Source of the DNA: Desulfospira joergensenii DSM 10085
Lineage (GTDB): Bacteria; Desulfobacterota; Desulfobacteria; Desulfobacterales; Desulfobacteraceae
Direction: 5' to 3'
Assembly (NCBI RefSeq): GCF_000420085.1
Contig: NZ_ATUG01000001.1
Span: 1,479,223 to 1,511,222, forward strand
Length of the DNA: 32,000 nucleotides
Below are positions 24,460-30,679 of this stretch, one piece after another (position 1 is the first letter of the stretch; every line of letters begins with the position of its first letter). The notes under the pieces were generated by a model. It was not told where the DNA came from. It saw nothing but the letters and a program-made list of their open reading frames with translations, and did no database searches. Made by a program: the position numbers and the translations under genes.

Positions 24460-24583
24460 GAAAAAAATTAAAGAATTAAGAACACTGACGGCAGGGAACC
24501 AAGTTGGGCAGGGGAAAAGCAGGCACCAAATTTACACATTGCCTGCCCGTTATCAATCTTTGGATATGGATAAGGAGAACTGA

Positions 24584-24913
24584 ATGAGCACAGCACCGGA
24601 AAAAGCAGCCCAGGCCATGGCCTATTTACAAGAATACGCTCCCGAGGAATACGAGAAATACCTTGAATTCACGGCCAGATTAGGGACAAGCGGGGGATTG
24701 TCTCCCATGACCCAGGAGTTGATCCTCATCGGCTGTGCAGTCATGTCCCAATGTGAAATGTGCATCACCATTCATGTGGAAAATGCGGCTTCCATGGGCG
24801 CCTCCCGGGAAGACATCCTCCAGGCCGCCCTGATGTCAGTTGCCATGGGCGGTTCCCCCAAACTCATGTACATGTCCTATGTATTTGAAGCACTGGAGGA
24901 TCTGTTTGATTAA
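24584..24913 (+). CDS. Carboxymuconolactone decarboxylase (AhpD-like) family protein
   Basis: SQCEMCITIH (CxxC...H) is the AhpD-like redox motif. Size is 109 aa. RBS TAAGGAGAA. Confidence 0.8.
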   Translation: MSTAPEKAAQAMAYLQEYAPEEYEKYLEFTARLGTSGGLSPMTQELILIGCAVMSQCEMCITIHVENAASMGASREDILQAALMSVAMGGSPKLMYMSYVFEALEDLFD

Positions 24914-24986
24914 AGGATATCTCTCAACTGCCGGGCCATGTTGGCCGGAGAAGAGTTAAGCCGGCATAACCGGCAGTTTAGAAATG

Positions 24987-25021
24987 AAGAGGCCGGCACC
25001 CGGATAAGGTGCCGGCCTCTT
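24987..25021. terminator. Bidirectional stem-loop terminator between convergent genes
   Basis: AAGAGGCCGGCACC (24987-25000) pairs with GGTGCCGGCCTCTT (25008-25021) around a 7-nt loop. GGTTTTGTT follows on the + strand. The element sits between the + gene ending at 24913 and the - gene ending at 25039. Confidence 0.75.
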
Positions 25022-25038
25022 GGTTTTGTTGTGCCCGA

Positions 25039-25350
25039 TTAGGCGAACAGGCCGTCCCCCGAAGCATTGCCCAGTCCAGGGTGGATGTCGAAGCGGACAA
25101 CCCCTACGGGAATCTTTCCTTCCACCGCGTCGGTGACCACTGCCGCGCCCCGGTTACCGAACCCGCCGCACAGTTCAATGGCCGCGACTCCTTCAGCCAG
25201 AAGCTGTTTTGCAATTTCTGCAGCCTGGGCGTAATCTTTCACCCCCACGGCCAGCAGTTTCACTTTCGGAGTTTCGATCCACTGCCGGTGGGTTTTTGGA
25301 TCCGCTTCCGGGGCCACAAATATGAAGGCTGCTTTCAGAACGTCTGACAT
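25039..25350 (-). CDS. Small (103 aa) conserved hypothetical alpha/beta protein; last gene of the aco operon (possibly the DUF6506 family, recalled from memory only)
   Basis: RBS AAAAAGGAGGAAGAA lies directly upstream. Sequence: KAAFIFVAPEADP..., AAIELCGGFGNRGAAVV. There is an 80-nt gap after acoX and it is on the same strand. Confidence 0.6.
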   Translation of the reverse strand: MSDVLKAAFIFVAPEADPKTHRQWIETPKVKLLAVGVKDYAQAAEIAKQLLAEGVAAIELCGGFGNRGAAVVTDAVEGKIPVGVVRFDIHPGLGNASGDGLFA

Positions 25351-25429
25351 TTCTTCCTCCTTTTTTTAAAAAAAATCGATACAGGGTAAAATTCTTTCTT
25401 TTATATTCAACAGAACCAGCCAAACCGGA

Positions 25430-26425
25430 TCAATCCTCTTGGGATACCATGATCCGGTTTTTCCGGGCCCAGGACATGGTCCTGTGAACGTCAATGACCA
25501 GCGGTCCTTTGCCGGAGAGACGCACCATGGCTGTCTGCCCCTGCTTTAGGCTTGTCTCCCGCTCGCCGTCCAGGGCCAGGACACACCGGGGGGATTCTAC
25601 CGCCACTAAAATATCCTCCTCCAGAAAATCCCATTGCCGCACCCGGACCTCCCTGAGCAGCCCCGGCGCGATGGCCGCCGTGACCTTTTGTTTTCCGCCC
25701 CTCCCAAGGCGCAGATGCAGGCCCCGGTGCTCTTCGGGTAAAACCTCGGCCAGCTGCCCGCCCACGGCGGACAGGCCGATGGAATCCGGTCGGCACCGGG
25801 TCAAAAAAAGTTGAGACACCTTTTCCATATCCCAGATTGCCCGGGATGCGATGAACCGGTCATTGTATACGGCCACATCCACCAGCGCCATATCCACCGG
25901 GATTCCATCCACCAGCACATCCAGCTGGCACGATCGGTAGACCCCGCCGGATTGGGGAACCTTCCCGGTGGCGATGAGCCCGGCTGCAATTCCGCCGATG
26001 GTCGCTTCGATCATGTAGGGGAACACATTGTTGGTTCCCGTGGAAATCGGCAGCATGGGCGTTTTTCCATTGTTCTTTTTGGCCACGGCCCGGCAGGTGC
26101 CGTCACCGCCGAGGACGATCACGGCATCGGCTCCGTTCTGACCGACCCATTGGCCTGCGGCAACGGAATCGTTCTGGTTCCCCTTGGGCTGAATGGGGAT
26201 TTCCGCCAGGTCCATGGAAATGTCCAGTCCCTGGACCGCCCGGGGAACAATGGCGTACTCATCCGGCATATACCTGACCCGTGTGACCCCGACAGCCTCC
26301 AGGCCCGTCAGCAACCGCCGGACAATACGAACCTTTTCCTGATTGTCAAAAACACTGCCGTGGGCCACCAGCCGGCGGATATCTTTTCCGGATACGGGAT
26401 TGGCTATGATACCAACCGTTGACAA
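25430..26425 (-). CDS. acoX: AcoX-type ATP-NAD kinase-family protein (acetoin catabolism protein X)
   Basis: VGIIANPVSGKD, VIVLGGDGTCRAV and ISTGTNNVFP are NAD-kinase/diacylglycerol-kinase-like motifs. I propose the TTG start at 26425 (RBS GAAGGGGGA, 6-nt spacer), because the track start at 26497 would place a 13-bp hairpin inside the coding region. Confidence 0.7.
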   Translation of the reverse strand: MSTVGIIANPVSGKDIRRLVAHGSVFDNQEKVRIVRRLLTGLEAVGVTRVRYMPDEYAIVPRAVQGLDISMDLAEIPIQPKGNQNDSVAAGQWVGQNGADAVIVLGGDGTCRAVAKKNNGKTPMLPISTGTNNVFPYMIEATIGGIAAGLIATGKVPQSGGVYRSCQLDVLVDGIPVDMALVDVAVYNDRFIASRAIWDMEKVSQLFLTRCRPDSIGLSAVGGQLAEVLPEEHRGLHLRLGRGGKQKVTAAIAPGLLREVRVRQWDFLEEDILVAVESPRCVLALDGERETSLKQGQTAMVRLSGKGPLVIDVHRTMSWARKNRIMVSQED

Positions 26426-26448
26426 AGCAATTCCCCCTTCCGCGAATG

Positions 26449-26482
26449 CCGATCTGCCCGGATGTAAAACCGGGCAGATCGG
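26449..26482 (-). other. Perfect 13-bp stem / 8-nt loop intercistronic hairpin between acoB and acoX
   Basis: CCGATCTGCCCGG (26449-26461) is the reverse complement of CCGGGCAGATCGG (26470-26482). No U-tract follows on the transcribed strand. Confidence 0.65.
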
Positions 26483-26511
26483 GCTGAAAATTCGCATGCA
26501 TGTGTTCTGAT

Positions 26512-27486
26512 TTATTCCCTCATCTTTTTGGCTGCTGCCACAATATCATCCACCCCCGGAATAAAGGCCTGCTCCAGGGGAGGAGAAAAGGGGACCGGTG
26601 TGAACGGCGCGCCGACCCGGACAATGGGAGCATCCAGCAGGTCAAAGCCGTCTTCAGCCACCTGGGCGGCGATTTCAGCCCCGGCTCCTGCGGTCCTTAC
26701 GGCTTCATGGGCAATAAGAAGCCCATGGGTTTTGCCTACGGAATTCAAAATGGTGTCCATATCCAGGGGGGAAAGGGTCCGGGGATCCACCACTTCGGCC
26801 TTGAGTCCCTCTTCGGCCAGTTTATCCGCGGCTTCAAAGGCGGTGAGCAGCATGTTAGAGAAGGCCACAATGGTCAGATCCTCCCCTTCCCTGACGACGT
26901 TGGCCTTGCCGAAATCAATGGTATAAGATTCCTCGGGAACCTCTCCCTCTGTTCCGTAAAGCATTTTATGCTCCAGAAAGACCACGGGGTTGTCATCCCT
27001 GATCGCGGAGATGAGAAGCCCCTTGGCGTCATACGGGGTAGCCGGGATGACCACCTTCAGACCCGGCACATGCATGAACCAGGCCTCCAGGGACTGGGAA
27101 TGCTGGGCCGCGGCACCGAGCCCCGCTCCCTGGGGCATTCTGAGCACCATGGGGATTTTGGCCTTTCCCCCAAACATATACCGCATTTTGGCGGCCTGGT
27201 TGAAAAGCTGATCCAGGGCCACGCCGATGAAATCCACAAACATGAGTTCCGCGACCGGGCGAAGCCCTGCGGCTGCCGCACCGGTGGCTGCACCGACAAT
27301 GGCGCTCTCGGTGATGGGGGTGTCTTTGACCCGGTCTTCCCCGAACTGATCAAGAAGACCCTGGGTCACCCCGAAACAGCCGCCGAACTGCCCCACGTCC
27401 TCTCCGAAAATCAATACATTGGAGTCCCTTTCCATTTCCTGCCTGAGCGCTTCATTTATGGCCTCTAAATATGTTTTGGTTGCCAT
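26512..27486 (-). CDS. acoB: Acetoin:acceptor oxidoreductase / 2-oxoacid dehydrogenase E1 beta subunit
   Basis: MATKTYLEAINEALRQEMERDSNVLIFGEDVG is a canonical E1-beta N-terminus. The ATG at 27486 is preceded by AAAGGAGGAATC. The track start at 27528 adds 14 aa and has no RBS. Confidence 0.9.
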   Translation of the reverse strand: MATKTYLEAINEALRQEMERDSNVLIFGEDVGQFGGCFGVTQGLLDQFGEDRVKDTPITESAIVGAATGAAAAGLRPVAELMFVDFIGVALDQLFNQAAKMRYMFGGKAKIPMVLRMPQGAGLGAAAQHSQSLEAWFMHVPGLKVVIPATPYDAKGLLISAIRDDNPVVFLEHKMLYGTEGEVPEESYTIDFGKANVVREGEDLTIVAFSNMLLTAFEAADKLAEEGLKAEVVDPRTLSPLDMDTILNSVGKTHGLLIAHEAVRTAGAGAEIAAQVAEDGFDLLDAPIVRVGAPFTPVPFSPPLEQAFIPGVDDIVAAAKKMRE

Positions 27487-27550
27487 GATTCCTCCTTTGG
27501 TATCTTTTTTGACATTTTGCAAAAGCATAAAATTAATTATTCAAAGTCAC

Positions 27551-28510
27551 TCAGGCATAGACATCGTGGGTGAGATCGGACGCATCAGGCAGGGGGCTTT
27601 CCAAAGCGAAAGCAACCGCTGCCTCAAGATCGGCTTCCACTTTCTTGCTGAGTTCCGCCACCTGTTCAGCGGTCATGATTTCTTCTTCAACCAGCTTTTT
27701 CTCATACAGGGCGACCGGATCTTTTTCTTTCCAGGCTTCCAGTTCTTTGTCGTCCCGGTATACGCAGGCGTCCCCTTCAAAGTGTCCCCGCCACCGGTAG
27801 GTCTTGCATTCGATCAAAGAGGGTCCCTGCCCGCTGCGGGCCCGCTTCACGCCCTCGGAAACCGCTTCATACACGGCCAGGACATCGTTTCCATCCACCA
27901 CCACACCAGGCATGTCATAGGCCGAGGCCCGGTCGGCAATATCGGTAATGGCCATGGACTTGCTGGTGGGACATGAAATTCCGTATCCGTTGTTTTCATT
28001 GACAAACACAACCGGAAGCTTCCAGGCGCTGGCCAGATTGAGGGCTTCCTGGGTGGTACCCTGGTTGGAGGCGCCGTCTCCGAAAAAACAGACCGCCACA
28101 TGATCTTCCCCCCGGTATTTAATGGCCAGGGCCGCGCCGTTGGCCAATGGTCCGCCCCCGCCCACGATACCGTTGGCACCCAGGATGCCGAGATCCACAT
28201 CGGCAATGTGCATGGAACCGCCCTTGCCCTTGCAATATCCCGTGGTCCGGCCGAAAATTTCCGACATCATCTGGTTCAGGTTTCCCCCCTTGGCAATCAC
28301 GTGGCCGTGGCCCCGGTGGGTGCTGGTGATGTAGTCCTTGTCCCGCAGGCTGGCGCAGGCTCCTGCGGCAATGGCTTCTTCCCCAAGGTAGAGATGAACG
28401 AATCCGGGGATCTTTCCGTCTGCGAAAAATCCCTGGACCCGGTTTTCAAAATGCCGGATTTTGAGCATGGTGTGAAGCATCTCAACCATTTGTTCATTGG
28501 AAAGACTCAT
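27551..28510 (-). CDS. acoA: Acetoin:acceptor oxidoreductase / TPP-dependent E1 alpha subunit
   Basis: YLGEEAIAAG, STHRGHGH and the TPP motif FFGDGASNQG...NNGYG. RBS CAAGGAGG. Confidence 0.9.
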   Translation of the reverse strand: MSLSNEQMVEMLHTMLKIRHFENRVQGFFADGKIPGFVHLYLGEEAIAAGACASLRDKDYITSTHRGHGHVIAKGGNLNQMMSEIFGRTTGYCKGKGGSMHIADVDLGILGANGIVGGGGPLANGAALAIKYRGEDHVAVCFFGDGASNQGTTQEALNLASAWKLPVVFVNENNGYGISCPTSKSMAITDIADRASAYDMPGVVVDGNDVLAVYEAVSEGVKRARSGQGPSLIECKTYRWRGHFEGDACVYRDDKELEAWKEKDPVALYEKKLVEEEIMTAEQVAELSKKVEADLEAAVAFALESPLPDASDLTHDVYA

Positions 28511-28591
28511 TTGGATACCTCCTTGACTTTTCCTGTCTTACTGCCCCGTTCAAACGAAGCACAGCAGGATGATGTTAATGTTTTTAGATCT

Positions 28592-28972
28592 TTATCCCCG
28601 ATACTCGGAATCAATATCGATCCAGACGGTTACCGCCGTATTGGCCACCATTATGGTGTCACAGCCTTCCGCGAACGTGCTCACGCAGATTCCCCGGGCA
28701 CACATCCCACCGGCGGTGGTTGACACCGATGGGGTGCCGATGGGAATCTGTGCCTTTACCGCCTCGACGTCCACCTGATCGGGCCGGGGGCAGGCCACCA
28801 GGACCTCCACATGAACCCCCTGGAACTGCTTTCGATTCAAAATCTCAAGGATCCCGCACAGGCAGCTCCTGGAAACCGCGTCTTTCACCGCCCGGCAGGC
28901 CGCTTTCGTGACATCGTTTCCATGAAGATCCGCCCCGGTTCCCAATTCCACAATAAAGCGTTTTTTGGCCAT
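28592..28972 (-). CDS. Lin0512-family conserved hypothetical protein (126 aa)
   Basis: FIVELGTGADLHGNDVTKAACRAVKDAV matches my recollection of the Lin0512/TIGR02058-type N-terminus. RBS GGGGGAGA. The gene is embedded between acoC and acoA. Confidence 0.6.
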   Translation of the reverse strand: MAKKRFIVELGTGADLHGNDVTKAACRAVKDAVSRSCLCGILEILNRKQFQGVHVEVLVACPRPDQVDVEAVKAQIPIGTPSVSTTAGGMCARGICVSTFAEGCDTIMVANTAVTVWIDIDSEYRG

Positions 28973-29081
28973 GTTATCTCCCCCTGTTGTATTTCAAACT
29001 CTCGAGCCAGCCGGGGCGTTCCGTTTCCCTGTTTGACGCAGGCGGATCAGGGACGGGCATCCCCGGGGCCGTCCGTACCGG

Positions 29082-30431
29082 TTACCCCAGAAGCGTGAGA
29101 GGGTCTTCCAGGTAATTGGCCAGTGTCCTGAGGAATGTCATGGCCGGCACCCCGTCCACGACCCGGTGGTCAAAGGTCAGACTCAGGGTCATATGGGTCC
29201 TGGCGCAGATTTCCCCCTTGTATACGGCGGCCGTTTCTTTGGCCCGGCCCACGCCGAGGATCCCGGTTTCCGGCGGATTGAGGATAGGGGTAAACCCATC
29301 CACCCCGATCATGGATACATTGGTGATGGTAAAGGTGCCGCCCTGGATTTCATCCATGGTCAATTCGTTGTTCCTGGCCTTTTTGGCCAGTTCCCGGATC
29401 CGGACCGCCATCTCTATCAGGCCTAAGGTGTCGGCCATCTTGACATTGGGCACCACCAGGCCTTCTTCCAGGGCCACGGCAATGCCCAGGTTCACGTTTC
29501 TGCCCAGCTCGATCCCCTGGTCTGTGAGGCAGGAATTCATGATGGGATGGTCCTTCAATGCCCGGCACACTGCATAGGCCACGATGTCGTTAAAAGATAC
29601 CCTGGGGAGATCCGTATTTTCGTATTTTTTCCTTAGTTTATTCTTCAACTCGACCATGGGGGTCACATCTGCGTCCACGAACACGGAAAGCTGGGCAGCA
29701 TTGTGCAGGCTGGCCATCATATTGTCGGCAATGACCTGGCGCAGTCCCTCCATGGGAATGACGGTACCTGGAACCGGCCCGGCCGCCTTTAACTGGGATG
29801 CCGAGGGCTTGACGGCCCGGAGGACGTCTGCCTTGGTGATTTTCCCGCCCGCTCCGGTTCCTGGTACCAGGCGGATGTCGATACCTGCCATTTTGGCGGC
29901 TGCCACGGCGCTCTCGCTGGCATAAACGGATGCCGGCTCCGGCGCAGGGGGAGCCGCGTCCAGTTTTTCCTTAAAGTCCTTCACATCCTGCTCCACCACC
30001 CGCCCCTTGGGGCCTGAACCTGGGACCTCTGCCAGATCAATCCCCCAGTCCTTGGCCTGGCGCCTGGCCAGGGGAGAGGCAGGGATAAATCCGGATTTTT
30101 TTGGTTTCCCTTCATCTGCCGCCGGTGATTCCTCCCGGGGTTCGCCGTCTTTTTCCTCTTTTACAACGGCCTCCCTTGGTTCCGGAGTTTCACCTTCCCG
30201 GGCCAGGACCGCCAGCACCGTCATGACCGGAACGGTCTCCCCCTCGGGCACCACGATTTGAAATAAAATGCCGTCATCGGGAGATTCCACAGTATTGGTA
30301 ATTTTGCTGGTTTCCACCTCAAGCAAATTCTCGCCTTTTGATACCGTGTCCCCTTGGGCTTTCAGCCATTTGGACACCTTTCCCTCTTTCATGGTCAGCC
30401 CCCATTTGGGCATCAGAACTTCAACAGCCAC
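29082..30431 (-). CDS. acoC: Dihydrolipoamide acetyltransferase (E2) of the acetoin dehydrogenase complex, with one lipoyl domain and two PSBD-like segments
   Basis: Lipoyl domain VLMPKWGLTMKEGKVSKWL...EVETSKITN and catalytic LTFDHRVVDG. The GTG start at 30431 is preceded by AAAGGAGGGAAATT. The track start at 30518 would place the sigma-54 promoter almost entirely inside the ORF. Confidence 0.9.
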   Translation of the reverse strand: MAVEVLMPKWGLTMKEGKVSKWLKAQGDTVSKGENLLEVETSKITNTVESPDDGILFQIVVPEGETVPVMTVLAVLAREGETPEPREAVVKEEKDGEPREESPAADEGKPKKSGFIPASPLARRQAKDWGIDLAEVPGSGPKGRVVEQDVKDFKEKLDAAPPAPEPASVYASESAVAAAKMAGIDIRLVPGTGAGGKITKADVLRAVKPSASQLKAAGPVPGTVIPMEGLRQVIADNMMASLHNAAQLSVFVDADVTPMVELKNKLRKKYENTDLPRVSFNDIVAYAVCRALKDHPIMNSCLTDQGIELGRNVNLGIAVALEEGLVVPNVKMADTLGLIEMAVRIRELAKKARNNELTMDEIQGGTFTITNVSMIGVDGFTPILNPPETGILGVGRAKETAAVYKGEICARTHMTLSLTFDHRVVDGVPAMTFLRTLANYLEDPLTLLG

Positions 30432-30513
30432 AATTTCCCTCCTTTCAAAACCCAATCTCGGATCGAATTCGACTGGAAAATCCACTTTCCCGGACAATTT
30501 AAGGAAAACAATA

Positions 30514-30529
30514 AGCAAGACAAGTGCCA
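30514..30529 (-). promoter_or_regulatory. Sigma-54 (-24/-12) promoter of the aco operon
   Basis: The minus strand reads CTGGCAC-TTGTC-TTGCTT, an exact TGGCAC-N5-TTGCT. It lies about 83 nt upstream of the acoC GTG and is divergent from the sigma-54 activator gene. Confidence 0.8.
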
Positions 30530-30679
30530 GCCAATATTTGCTTATAAATCCAGAAGGATAAAAAACAATCGATTTCCAGTGTCCTGAATTCGAACAGGAG
30601 AAAAATAAAATTTGATTCAGAAACTCAATTATTATAGGATGCCTTAATTATTTCCACTGATACCAGACAGGGTTCTGCC

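Noticed and set aside
25811-28723. Several long plus-strand ORFs (25811-26422, 26500-27468, 27419-27976, 28100-28723)
   Set aside because: All are antisense to acoX, acoB and acoA, whose products carry unmistakable family motifs. The antisense translations are Gly/Arg/His/Pro-rich with no motifs. They are shadow ORFs produced by high GC content.
29051-29074. GGACGG...CCGTCC hairpin with an internal CCCCGGGG between acoC and the Lin0512-family gene
   Set aside because: It has only a 6-bp stem and a self-complementary loop in GC-rich DNA, with no U-tract. This is not enough to call a terminator or attenuator.
30432-30518. Upstream ATG start for AcoC as given in the ORF track
   Set aside because: The added 29 aa precede the canonical MAVEVLMPKWG lipoyl-domain start and its AAAGGAGGG RBS. 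The -24/-12 promoter (30514-30529) begins only 5 nt inside this ATG, so the mRNA would not even contain that start codon.
30590-30607. TCCTG-AATTCGAA-CAGGA dyad in the acoR/acoC divergent region as the AcoR UAS
   Set aside because: It has only 5-bp arms and I know no consensus for AcoR sites. I mention it only as a place to look, not as a supported feature.
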